Shown one piece after another: positions 33,401 through 40,605 of a stretch of 40,605 nucleotides of DNA. Origin of the DNA: a virus (lineage: Duplodnaviria; Caudoviricetes); IMG/VR virus record IMGVR_UViG_3300049782_000032, positions 1-40,605 of that record; one strand, 5' to 3'. How positions within the stretch are numbered: the first letter of the stretch is position 1; each line of letters opens with the position of its first letter. The notes beneath the pieces were generated by a model. The model searched no databases. It saw only the letters and a program-made list of their open reading frames with translations, and was not told where the DNA came from. The position numbers and the translations under genes were made by a program.

Positions 33401-33785
33401 GGATCGTGATTCCGCTGGCGTACCAGTCGGTTTCGCCCTCCCACCGCAGGTCAAGGTCACCGGTGATGTCCAGGCTGGCATGGTCGGGCGTCGAGGCGCT
33501 GTTCGCTGCGCTGCCCTCCAGCTCCAGGGCGGGGGTGCCAGCGCGTACGGACACCCGGAAGGGCGTGTTCCTGCCGAACTGGCCGTAGTACGGGCCCATA
33601 GGGTTGTCAGGTGAAAACTGGCCGTTCGTGTTGTTGAGCAGCGGGCGGCAGGTGGACGGGTCCACGCGGGCGCCCTGGTCCTGCCGGCCCCGCGTGTGCA
33701 CGAGCGCCTGCCGCTTCAGGATGCTGCCTGTGGCGTCCACCCACACGCCGCCGATGAGCAGCTCTCCGCGCAAGTCCAGTTCCAC
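30441..33785 (-). CDS. Large tail-tip/baseplate protein (1114 aa) with LamG-like segments
   Basis: Directly after the TMP; LLNNTNGQFSPDNPMGPYYGQFGRNTP, PLAYWPLEEG, DGGILYE, NDVTVTR, RSVNGVVKTH. Confidence 0.8.
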   Translation of the reverse strand: MELDLRGELLIGGVWVDATGSILKRQALVHTRGRQDQGARVDPSTCRPLLNNTNGQFSPDNPMGPYYGQFGRNTPFRVSVRAGTPALELEGSAANSASTPDHASLDITGDLDLRWEGETDWYASGITILMGKWGDAGNRSYYLRLDNGSLYVLATRDGTVGPFGWWPLPVLPRRAAVRATIDADNGAGGVTIRLYWAQSLDGPWVQFSDDIIVPNPLTIFAGTAPLMIAPEQIDSTASRRAVAGRVYRAEVRNGIDGPIVAAPDFTAQAPGTSSFVDSAGRTWTLSGTASITNRRTRLVHELAAYPTRWHPSGEHVWVEAQTAGILRRMRRSSQALDSTLRRRIPSYKPLAYWPLEEGTRATQGYSPIAGVPPLSFTDVNWGSADSLPSSNALPALNSSAGSNAKMTGVVPAASSASLSAWSVNWLYRLDQPNDTHYTFMRILSTGTVREWYVQSRVDQSRIIGKNAAGAEVFNQIIGTSSDLYGQWVLVRFRVMQEGGNVRWRISWQDVGGDAGGYTDTFPGTSGRPTGVASPPDGYAQALNGMAIGHIGVFDVDYTRAYDRAIDAWTGETAGARMRRLAEEEALPLTVWGPIADQEQVGPQLPAPVLTLLEEAADADGGILYENRERPALRYRSRASMYSQVPALILDYTQPGLAAPLEPTGDDDGTENDVTVTRAGGSSGRAVLEQGALSVQAPPDGVGPYPSQETLNLHSDAQTEPLAYWRLHLGTYEGRRYPQVRVMVHQCPPELLDQILAVDVGDRLVIRNPPPWLAPGDIELIVQGYEESWPGPFQWDIIFNCSPGEPWLIGVADGPTHSRADTDGSELAEPLDLDETAVDVRTTAGAAWTWNVNELPFDVRVGGEVMTVTGPAAPRVKPSAVYDTFGRTTASGWGTASSGAPWSTSGGTTANYSVTGGYGAHALASVNASRRSFTAFVYADFDAYVSLAASAAATGGFLSGSITGRYLDSDNLYAARLAFNVGGTMTLTIRKRVTATETELGAVAVPGTYTAGTYYRLRLQASGSTLRAKVWPASGAEPGAWQLEVTDTSLTTSTYIGLRSISGSGNTNTGPEIRYRDFDVVNPQAFTVVRSVNGVVKTHTAGTPVALATPAIAAL

Positions 33786-33794
33786 GCCCGCCCC

Positions 33795-35981
33795 CTATCC
33801 TCGTCCTCGCCCGAAGGCCTTCTGTACGTCGCCGCCGCCCTTGACCGCGACGGTCTCCCGGATGATGTGCGTGAGCAGCGCCTCGACGCGGCCGCCCGAG
33901 CCTTCGCGGACCTCCAGGACGATCGGCTCACGGCGCGTCGCGGTCGGGGCGTAACCGCCCGGCACCGCCCCAAGCCCGGGCGCGGACAGGTCCGGCACCG
34001 TCGGGGCCGGCAGGTTGTCCATGACCGAGCGCAGATACGGCAGCTGGTCCGTGATGCCCCGGCCGAAGTCCGCCGCCAGGGCCCGGCCGGAGTGCAAGGT
34101 GTACCCCTTGCCCGAGAACGGGCCCTCGCGAGCGGGGCTGAACGGGAAGAAGTTCCGGGCCGCGGACACGACACCGCTGGCCGCGTTCTTGACGCTGCCG
34201 ACCATGCTTTTGATGCCGTTGATGAAGCCCTGGATCAGCGCCCGGCCGGCGGCCATCAGCATGTCGCCGAGGTTGCCCAGCGCCGAGCGCGCCCGCCCGG
34301 GAATGCCCCGCACCAGCGACACGAACGCGACCGCCTTCTCAGCCGCAGCCTGCCGGAAGCGCGAGAAGGCGCTCGACGCGGCGTTCCGCAGGGTGCCCGC
34401 CAGCCCGGAGATCGCCGATCCGACCCGCCCAGGTAGCCCCATCATCCACGCGACCAACTCCAGGGCCTTGCGGATCGCCCAGTCCTTGGCCTGCCCGAAC
34501 CATCCCGCGATCTTGCCGGGGATATTCGACAGCCAGTTGATCGCTGCCATGATCCCGTCGACCGCCGTCAGGATCGCCACCTTCACGGCAGCCCACACGG
34601 CCTGCACGACCGCGCGGAACGTCTCACTCTTCTGGTAGGCCACGACGACGATGGCGACCAGGGCCACGATGGCCGCGATGACGAGCCCAATCGGGTTCAT
34701 CATCATGACCGCGTTGAAGATGCCCTGAGCGACGGCCCACACGCGCGTCGCGGCCGCCGCCAACGTCGTGTACAGCGTGTACGTCTTGATGGCCAGCGCG
34801 ATCGCTGCCCACGCGGTGCCGATTGCCAGCAGCGCCCCGGGCGGCATGGCGTTGATCACCTGAGCGAGCCACACGGCGAGCTGCGCCGTCACACCGATCA
34901 GGGGCGACAACGCGCCAAGCACCTGCACGGCAGCGCTCGCCAGGGTCCCGAGCGTCTGCCCGCCCTCGCGCGCCAGGTCCATGAACACCGCGAAGCCTTG
35001 GCTGTCGCCGAGCGACGAGCCCCAATTCGCGAAGGCGGCCGTCATCTTGACCAGGCCGCCGGTCATGCCGTCCGAGACCGGCAGGAACGCGCCGAGCAGG
35101 CCGCCGAACCCGACCGCCAGATTCTTGATCACCTGAAGGAAGTTCGACAGGGCCGGGCCCGCCGCGGCGGCCATGTCCGCGGCCCACTCCTTGAATCCGG
35201 CCGAGCGCACCCCGGCCCCGACCTCGTCGAGGAACCCGGAGAAGGCGCCCGCAGCGGCCTTCACGAACGGCGTCAGCGTCGGCAGCAGGTCCCGGAGGAT
35301 CTGGATGCCCTTGGTGAAGACGGGCATGGTCGTCGAGCTGAGGGAGTTCGACCAGTCCTCGTGATCCTTCTTCAGCCCCTGAAGGGCGATCGCGTAGTCC
35401 CGCGTCGCGGGCGGCAGCCCTTCCAACTCCCGCTTGTACGCGGCATCGGCCTCCGAAGCGGCCTTCGTCGCCGACTCCGCCTCCCGCAGCGCCGCCTTGT
35501 ACTCGTCGCCGCCCTTCGCCGCGAGCTTCTGCGCCGCGGCCTTCTTCAGCGTGGCCTTCTCGTGCGCCTGCTCGGCCTTCTCGGCTGCGGCCGACGCGTC
35601 CGCCACCGCGTCCAACTGCGGCTTGGCCGCCAGCTGGAACGCCTTCACCGCCAGGCCGGCCGCAGCCGCCCCGGCGGCGATCCCGCCGAGCGCCGCACCA
35701 GCCGCGGCAGCCGCAGGCACGCCCGCCCCAAGCCCGGCCAGGGCCACGCCGACCTTGCGGACGGCGGGCGCGGCCATCTCAGCGTGCGCGCGTATACCGT
35801 CCGCCAGGCCCCGGCCGGCCGCCTCGCCCTCGGAGACGAACCTGCCGCGAATGTCACGGAGGGCGCCGTTCGTGTCCCGCTGGAGGCCCCGCAGACGCAG
35901 CCGGGCCGCTTCCATGCCCCGTGCGAACCCGGAGTCGTCGGCCCGGATGAACCCCACCAGTTCGCCGATGGACAGGGCCAC
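33795..35981 (-). CDS. Tape measure protein (~728 aa)
   Basis: VALSIGELVGFIRADD start; Ala-rich helical; MNPIGLVIAAIVALV..ETFR; PFSPAREGPFSG. Confidence 0.9.
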   Translation of the reverse strand: MALSIGELVGFIRADDSGFARGMEAARLRLRGLQRDTNGALRDIRGRFVSEGEAAGRGLADGIRAHAEMAAPAVRKVGVALAGLGAGVPAAAAAGAALGGIAAGAAAAGLAVKAFQLAAKPQLDAVADASAAAEKAEQAHEKATLKKAAAQKLAAKGGDEYKAALREAESATKAASEADAAYKRELEGLPPATRDYAIALQGLKKDHEDWSNSLSSTTMPVFTKGIQILRDLLPTLTPFVKAAAGAFSGFLDEVGAGVRSAGFKEWAADMAAAAGPALSNFLQVIKNLAVGFGGLLGAFLPVSDGMTGGLVKMTAAFANWGSSLGDSQGFAVFMDLAREGGQTLGTLASAAVQVLGALSPLIGVTAQLAVWLAQVINAMPPGALLAIGTAWAAIALAIKTYTLYTTLAAAATRVWAVAQGIFNAVMMMNPIGLVIAAIVALVAIVVVAYQKSETFRAVVQAVWAAVKVAILTAVDGIMAAINWLSNIPGKIAGWFGQAKDWAIRKALELVAWMMGLPGRVGSAISGLAGTLRNAASSAFSRFRQAAAEKAVAFVSLVRGIPGRARSALGNLGDMLMAAGRALIQGFINGIKSMVGSVKNAASGVVSAARNFFPFSPAREGPFSGKGYTLHSGRALAADFGRGITDQLPYLRSVMDNLPAPTVPDLSAPGLGAVPGGYAPTATRREPIVLEVREGSGGRVEALLTHIIRETVAVKGGGDVQKAFGRGRG

Positions 35982-36023
35982 AGTGCACCCCCCAACGGCG
36001 CGCACGGCGCCCTGTGTTGTGGA

Positions 36024-36296
36024 TCAGCCGTGCAGAGCGGAACGCACCTGCTGCGGGTCGTCGATGACTGCGATGAAGTCGCCCGCGGCGTGCCGGAACA
36101 CCGCCTCCGGGGACAGGCCGCCGAGCAGGTTGTAGAAGCGGCGCCTACTCAGGCGCGCGATGTCCTGCGGGCCGAGCCGGTACTCGCGCTGGAAGTCCGC
36201 TTCGATCGCCCACCACCAGCGGCGGACCGCTTCGCGGGTGCGCCAGTCGCCCTTCTGGCCGCCCGGTTCGGCCCCTTCGGGGCCACCTGTTTTCCC
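36024..36296 (-). CDS. Tail assembly chaperone, -1 frameshift extension (G-T type)
   Basis: Slippery G GGA AAA at 36296-36290; the -1 frame reads ...WWWAIEADFQREYRLGPQDIARLSRRRFYNLLGGLSPEAVF... to TGA at 36024. Confidence 0.85.
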   Translation of the reverse strand, partial: GKTGGPEGAEPGGQKGDWRTREAVRRWWWAIEADFQREYRLGPQDIARLSRRRFYNLLGGLSPEAVFRHAAGDFIAVIDDPQQVRSALHG

Positions 36297-36646
36297 TCAC
36301 CGCCCCCGTTACGCACCAGATCGAGCGCATCGGCGAAGCTGATGTCCTGCCCGCCGGCCTGCGCCATCCCCCAGGTGAGGACCGTTTGGAACTCCTTCGA
36401 CCCCATGCCGTTGTCGATCCAGGTCTCCATGACGTCGGCGCCGAAGAGCAGCGAGACGAGCTCGGCCACGTCTTCCTCGGCCTCAGAGTCGCGCAGTTCC
36501 TCGATGCGCCTCTCCATGGCCAGTGGCATGTCAGAGGGGACCCGGACGGTGACACCTCGGATGGTCTCCGTACGGCCGTCGGAGACCTCGGCCCAGAACG
36601 CGTCCCAGGTCTGGTGTTCGGCCGTCTTGCTGCGTGCAGGGCTCAT
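36149..36646 (-). CDS. Tail assembly chaperone
   Basis: ATGA overlap with the major tail gene; lies between MTP and TMP; EGK at the slippery site, then PNRAARRA. Confidence 0.85.
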   Translation of the reverse strand: MSPARSKTAEHQTWDAFWAEVSDGRTETIRGVTVRVPSDMPLAMERRIEELRDSEAEEDVAELVSLLFGADVMETWIDNGMGSKEFQTVLTWGMAQAGGQDISFADALDLVRNGGGEGKQVAPKGPNRAARRATGAPAKRSAAGGGRSKRTSSASTGSARRTSRA

Positions 36647-37065
36647 ACGATCGCCGCCGTGGTGGACGCGCCGGAGCGGGTGAACGTCGCGCTCCAGGAC
36701 ACCTTGTCGTTGTTGCCGCCGCCCTGGTCGCCGAGGTTGACGTGCGCCGTCCACACCTCCCACGTGGTGTCACCCGGGGCGTGGAACCTGATCTTGATCA
36801 GGGAGGCCGTGCCGAGGAGTTCGGACGCCGCCTCTACGCGCTGCTGCCCGGGGTCGGCCGGGTTCCGGAAGCCTTCCAGCTCCAGCGTCTTGCCGATCTG
36901 CATCTTCTGCGACTCGGACTGGCCGGCGCTCGCGAACACGGTGGTGTCGGCGGTTTCCTCCTCGTGGCCCTTCGAGAAGGTGTTGATGTCGGCGATCTCC
37001 AGCCACGTTGCCGGGGTCGCGGACTCGATCTCGAACACGCAGTCGCGGGCGTTGTATTGCGCCAT
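36643..37065 (-). CDS. Major tail (tube) protein
   Basis: AAGGAGG RBS; MAQYNARD...EETADTTVF...DPGQQ..GGGNNDKVSWSATFTRSG. Confidence 0.82.
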   Translation of the reverse strand: MAQYNARDCVFEIESATPATWLEIADINTFSKGHEEETADTTVFASAGQSESQKMQIGKTLELEGFRNPADPGQQRVEAASELLGTASLIKIRFHAPGDTTWEVWTAHVNLGDQGGGNNDKVSWSATFTRSGASTTAAIV

Positions 37066-37134
37066 CGTGGGCCCTCCTTCGGGCATGGGTGAGAGCCCGC
37101 ACGCGCACAGCGCCGGGCAGGTGAGAAGGGGTTG

Positions 37135-37557
37135 CTACACGCGGTGGGTGGACACGTTGCGCACGTCCAGCCGGAAGTTGCACACGTGCTCGTGACGGCC
37201 GCTGGTGTCCTGCCCCATGTAGGCGGGCGCGGCCTGGATCGCGACGGCCAGCTGGAGCAAGGTGCCGTCGGGCAGGGTGATGGGGCCGAGGCCGTGCAGC
37301 TCGTCACGGATCGCCGTGCACTTCTGCCGGGACGGCCGGGGGTCCGCCCCGCCCCGGGTGCGCACCTGGAGGGACACCTGATCCCAGCCCAACTTCGAGT
37401 CCGATTCGGGCCCGCCGTAGAGGGTCAGCGCGACCGCCGCGTCCGGCCGGGAGGGCATCGTCTCGATGAACGTGTCCCCGGTGGTCCCGGTCTCGTCGTA
37501 CGAGAGGAGCCCGCGCGCCTCCAGGTGGCGGGCGATGCCGTCGAGGAGATCAGCCAC
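37135..37557 (-). CDS. Tail terminator (Minor_capsid_3-like)
   Basis: MPSRPDAAVALTLYGG, LQVRTRG, YMGQDTSGRHEHVCNF. Confidence 0.8.
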   Translation of the reverse strand: MADLLDGIARHLEARGLLSYDETGTTGDTFIETMPSRPDAAVALTLYGGPESDSKLGWDQVSLQVRTRGGADPRPSRQKCTAIRDELHGLGPITLPDGTLLQLAVAIQAAPAYMGQDTSGRHEHVCNFRLDVRNVSTHRV

Positions 37558-37900
37558 GCAGCCACCTCCTCAGGGACACCGCCATCAGCTGGAGCACGAC
37601 GTCCCGTTCGCTGTTCATCGGTGTTTCCAGGTATTTGGCCTGGCGGCCCGGCAGGTGCTTCCAGGTCAGTTCCTCGTGCTGCCTGACCGCGTACACCGTG
37701 TCAAACGTGACCGCGCCGTTCATGCCGTCGCGCACCACCCGGCCGGACCGCTCCAGCGTGCCCTCTTCCAGCGGCACGATCTTGCGGGCCTCGCCAAGGA
37801 TGTGCTCCAGGCCCCGCTGTAGACCTTCCTCGGCCAGGCGCCGGCCGCGTGAGGTCCACTGGCGGCGGCCGTCGAACCGGAAACGGGTGTACTGCGCCAC
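37550..37900 (-). CDS. Neck/tail completion protein (HK97 gp10 / Minor_capsid_2-like)
   Basis: VPLEEGTLERSG, YAVRQHE, RQAKYLE. Confidence 0.8.
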   Translation of the reverse strand: MAQYTRFRFDGRRQWTSRGRRLAEEGLQRGLEHILGEARKIVPLEEGTLERSGRVVRDGMNGAVTFDTVYAVRQHEELTWKHLPGRQAKYLETPMNSERDVVLQLMAVSLRRWLRG

Positions 37901-37909
37901 GGCCGCCCC

Positions 37910-38233
37910 CTACTCCATCTGCACTTCGAGGTGATCAGGGGTCGGGAGGCCGCCGCCGTCGATCGGTTCCGCCCCGATGACCGTCGTCGTTCGACCGTCG
38001 GGCAAGGTGACGCGGGACTCCGGGGGGAAGTCGTTGACCGCATCGAGATCGGTGCGGAACGTGGCGGTACTGGTGACCTCGTTGCCGTTCTGGTCCCGGA
38101 CAACGCGGACACGCCGCTCTAGCAGGCCCCGCACGACCTTCTCCGGCCCGTACTGCTTGCCGTAGGCCGACGACCCCAGGTACGCCTCCACCGTCACCTC
38201 GTGCCGCATGAGGAAGCCGGGGAAGCCGGTCAC
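37910..38233 (-). CDS. Head-tail stopper
   Basis: GTGA overlap; HEVTVEAYLG..YG, VRDQNGNEVTS, PPESRVTLPDG, DHLEV. Confidence 0.78.
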   Translation of the reverse strand: MTGFPGFLMRHEVTVEAYLGSSAYGKQYGPEKVVRGLLERRVRVVRDQNGNEVTSTATFRTDLDAVNDFPPESRVTLPDGRTTTVIGAEPIDGGGLPTPDHLEVQME

Positions 38234-38634
38234 GTCCACACCACCTCTTCGAGGCCGAGCTCGGCGAGGATCTCGGCGGCCTCCGGGGTCAAGGTGGTGT
38301 CGTCGGCGGTCGCCACCGGCGCGGACTGCCGCGAGAAGCTGAGTCCGCCCGCGCTGATGGACGTCCACGGTGACGCGGCCGGATCCGAGGTATCCCCGGA
38401 GGTTGCCGCGTCCCGCTTCGCCCACACCTCCACCTGAGCGCACGTCGCGTCCCGGAACGCCTCCCTCACGTCCGCGTCCGATGGATAGCCGGAAGCGTCC
38501 GTGTCATACAGGGCTGCCTTCGTGGCCGCCGAGACCAGACGGGAGGCCCGCGCCAGCAGCCGACCAGCGTTCGCCGGGGCCGAGGTCCCGGTGTACGCCT
38601 CGTACTCCGCCACCGTGGCGAAGACGCGGGCCAT
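38230..38634 (-). CDS. Head-tail adaptor
   Basis: FATVAEY, LLARASRLV, DATCAQVE, SISAGGLSFS, AAEILAELGL. Confidence 0.8.
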   Translation of the reverse strand: MARVFATVAEYEAYTGTSAPANAGRLLARASRLVSAATKAALYDTDASGYPSDADVREAFRDATCAQVEVWAKRDAATSGDTSDPAASPWTSISAGGLSFSRQSAPVATADDTTLTPEAAEILAELGLEEVVWT

Positions 38635-38637
38635 CCG

Positions 38638-38844
38638 TCAGCCCTCCTTCGCGGGCGGCTTCGAGGCCCTCGCCCGGGCAGGCTGCGCCTCCGCCGCCGG
38701 GGCGGTGCCCGCAGGCGGGGTCTCCTCAACAACCAGCTTCCACACCTTCGAGGCGCTCAGCCGCTTGTCGTTCGGGGAGTCCGCCACCGTGACCACGGTC
38801 TCCACCACCTCGTGGTCGTCGCCGTAGCGCTCGTAGGTGGGCAT
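38638..38844 (-). CDS. Small hypothetical virion-region protein (68 aa)
   Basis: TGATG coupling; MPTYERYGDDHEVVETV. Confidence 0.7.
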   Translation of the reverse strand: MPTYERYGDDHEVVETVVTVADSPNDKRLSASKVWKLVVEETPPAGTAPAAEAQPARARASKPPAKEG

Positions 38845-39194
38845 CAGGACTTCGCCCCCTTCAGTTCCGACTCGCCCGTCTCCAGGTTCCGGCGCACCCG
38901 CACGCGGGTGCCGTCCGGGCGGGTGGCGTCGTACTCCTCGTAACGGTCCTCGGAGTCGTCACGCTCCTCAGCCGGCCGCTCGACAGGCACAACCGCGTTG
39001 ACGGTGAGGTGCCCCTCGCGCGCCGCCGTGGCCTTGTCGGGGTTGACGGACACCGCGATCTCGTCGGGGTCGGTGGTGTCGGCCGGGCCGTCGCCGGGCG
39101 CCGTGGTGGACGGCGCGTCGACGTTCTCGTCCAGGCGGGTCTCCTCCGGGTTGGAGGTCGCCGCGCTGGTGCTCTTGTTCTGCCGTGCAGCCAT
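38844..39194 (-). CDS. Acidic hypothetical protein after the MCP (116 aa)
   Basis: MAARQNK...APGDGPADTTDP...RPDGTRVRVRRNLETGESE; GAAGGGA RBS. Confidence 0.72.
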   Translation of the reverse strand: MAARQNKSTSAATSNPEETRLDENVDAPSTTAPGDGPADTTDPDEIAVSVNPDKATAAREGHLTVNAVVPVERPAEERDDSEDRYEEYDATRPDGTRVRVRRNLETGESELKGAKS

Positions 39195-39214
39195 GATCGG
39201 TGGTCCCTTCGGGG

Positions 39215-40162
39215 TCAGGCGGCCAGAACGCCGCGAAGACGGGCCGCTGCCTTGCCGCCGAACACCGCGAGCCCGCAGTAGAACTCGATGCGGGTCCGGT
39301 ACGCAGGCTTCTCCTGGAGCTGGCCGAGGTCGTCGACCATGACGCCGCCGTTCGTCAGGCCGGTGACGGCCTGGTCTTCCTCGCCCTGGCCGAAGCGCAC
39401 GGCGTAGATGGACGACGCGACGTTGCTGGAGCCCTGCGTCTCGGTCTGCGGGATGATGTCGACGCCCGCGGCGGTCTGCCCGATGTCGAGCATCGGGATG
39501 CCGTTGTAGGTGGGGATGCGCTTGACGATCCCCTCGCCCGCGAAGGACGACATGATCCACTCGGTGCCACCGAGGCGCCGGCCGGACGACATGATCCGGG
39601 AGCGGACCGCCTTGTTCATGTACAGGGCGTCGACCTGCCCGTTGACCTGGGCGATGAGCGCGTCCAGGGCGTCAAAGAAGTCCTGGCCGCCAGCCACCGG
39701 CCCCATCCCGTTCGTGGCCGCGTCGAGTACCTGCGCACCCGTGAGGCGCTTCTTGAGGCCGTCGAAGCCCTTCGGGTCCACGGCCACGTCACCGTTGATG
39801 AAGTGATCCTGAAACTTGTAGCTCGCGGCCTTGACCTTCATCCGGGTCTGGACCGCGCGCTGGTCGTTGATGTTGCCGCGGGTCTGGACGATGAAGCGGT
39901 CCACGTCCGCGTCACCACCGAGGATCACCAGGGACTCGGACTTCTGGTTCACCGTGCCCGTGGACTCGGTGTACGCCTCGTTGACCGAACGGAACGCCAC
40001 GCCCGGCAGGGTGGCTTCCTCGTTGTAGGCGTACGCGTTGCCCTGGATGGTGAGCAGGGGAAGCCGGTCGAGCACCGGGGACTCCTGCACGAACGTCTCG
40101 ATGACGCCACGCTGGAGGGAGTTCTGCGACAGAAGCGCGGCCTGCGCGAGGGTTACTGCCAT
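39215..40162 (-). CDS. Major capsid protein (315 aa)
   Basis: MAVTLAQAA..LQRGVIETF, LPGVAFRSVNE, ILGGDADVD, FINGD...FDGL, YNGIP, RTRIEFYCGLAV..AAARLRGV. Confidence 0.92.
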   Translation of the reverse strand: MAVTLAQAALLSQNSLQRGVIETFVQESPVLDRLPLLTIQGNAYAYNEEATLPGVAFRSVNEAYTESTGTVNQKSESLVILGGDADVDRFIVQTRGNINDQRAVQTRMKVKAASYKFQDHFINGDVAVDPKGFDGLKKRLTGAQVLDAATNGMGPVAGGQDFFDALDALIAQVNGQVDALYMNKAVRSRIMSSGRRLGGTEWIMSSFAGEGIVKRIPTYNGIPMLDIGQTAAGVDIIPQTETQGSSNVASSIYAVRFGQGEEDQAVTGLTNGGVMVDDLGQLQEKPAYRTRIEFYCGLAVFGGKAAARLRGVLAA

Positions 40163-40180
40163 GAGGGGTGTCCTCTCTGG

Positions 40181-40605
40181 TTAGGAGGCGGCGGACGTCG
40201 CGTAGGCGGCGCGCAGCCGGTCCAGGCCGGGAGCGGCCGTGGATGCGGGGTCAGTGGGGGGCTGGGCGGCGCCGTGCAGTTCGCCGACGCCGCGGGGGAT
40301 GGTCGGTCCGGCGGCCAGCGCGCGATTCTTCTGGGCGGCGTCCTTGGCGGCCTGGACGATCGCGTTGGTGTCGCTCGGGTCGAGGTTGGCGACGGCGGCC
40401 TGGAACGACAGGGAGTCGGCGAGGGCGGCCGGGTTGGCGCCGTGCTGGTCGGCCGTCTCGTACAGGGCGAGCCGCACCATGGCGCTGTGCGCGGCCTCGT
40501 CGGCGCTGGTGATGCGCTGCTGCGCCCACTTCGGCAGCGTCTCCAGCCGGTTGTCGGTCGGCTCAGGAGCGGGAGCGGGCGCCGGTGCGGGGGGCTGCGG
40601 GGCCG
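40181..40605 (-). CDS. Scaffolding protein, C-terminal part (enters from the window end)
   Basis: Open frame from 40603: APQPPAPAPAPAPEPTDNRLETLPKWAQ...ALADSLSF...GLDRLRAAYA; directly before the MCP. Confidence 0.82.
   Translation of the reverse strand, partial: APQPPAPAPAPAPEPTDNRLETLPKWAQQRITSADEAAHSAMVRLALYETADQHGANPAALADSLSFQAAVANLDPSDTNAIVQAAKDAAQKNRALAAGPTIPRGVGELHGAAQPPTDPASTAAPGLDRLRAAYATSAAS

Larger units (their letters stand above)
1..40605. mobile_element. Temperate Streptomyces-type siphophage genome, circularly permuted, attP form
   Basis: Complete head, tail, lysis, integration and replication modules; intact attP with phage genes on both sides; both window ends fall in the same gene. 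Confidence 0.92.

Noticed and set aside
1-40605. Reverse transcriptase/DGR, DNA-modification, methyltransferase or recognised defence genes
   Set aside because: No YxDD RT motif, template/variable repeat pair, methyltransferase motifs or known defence domains were seen by eye.

Overview
The window is essentially the complete, circularly permuted genome (~40.6 kb, very high GC) of a temperate Streptomyces-type siphophage in its excised (attP) form. The contig is broken inside the proline-rich scaffolding gene: the N-terminus is at 1-218 and the C-terminus at 40181-40605. Nearly all genes are on the minus strand. The transcriptional order is: terS, terL, portal, minor capsid, scaffold, major capsid, head-tail connectors, major tail, tail chaperone with a -1 frameshift, tape measure, large tail-tip protein, beta-helix tailspike, amidase, holin, membrane and collagen proteins. 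Next come a GntR/XRE accessory block, attP (3' half of tRNA-Arg(UCU)), a tyrosine integrase and a repressor/Cro switch. A long translationally coupled early operon follows (RecE-like nuclease, putative annealing protein, RusA, replication initiator with iterons). An accessory block with plasmid-spreading (Spd/DUF2637)-like membrane proteins and a PASTA lipoprotein comes last. The most notable unexplained signals are five. (1) A perfect actinobacterial LexA box lies in front of a 61-aa gene next to a non-cleavable repressor (candidate SOS-controlled antirepressor). (2) A slippery heptamer, 6-nt spacer and 26-bp perfect hairpin lie inside the cro-like gene. (3) A virion-forming phage carries an AICE/plasmid-like spreading cassette and a KorSA-like module with rare TTA codons. 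(4) There are dense non-coding hairpin arrays at 24584-24856 and 5499-5725. (5) A shared operator links the switch to a probably leaderless integrase promoter. All product calls come from reading motifs and gene order by eye; no database searches were run.
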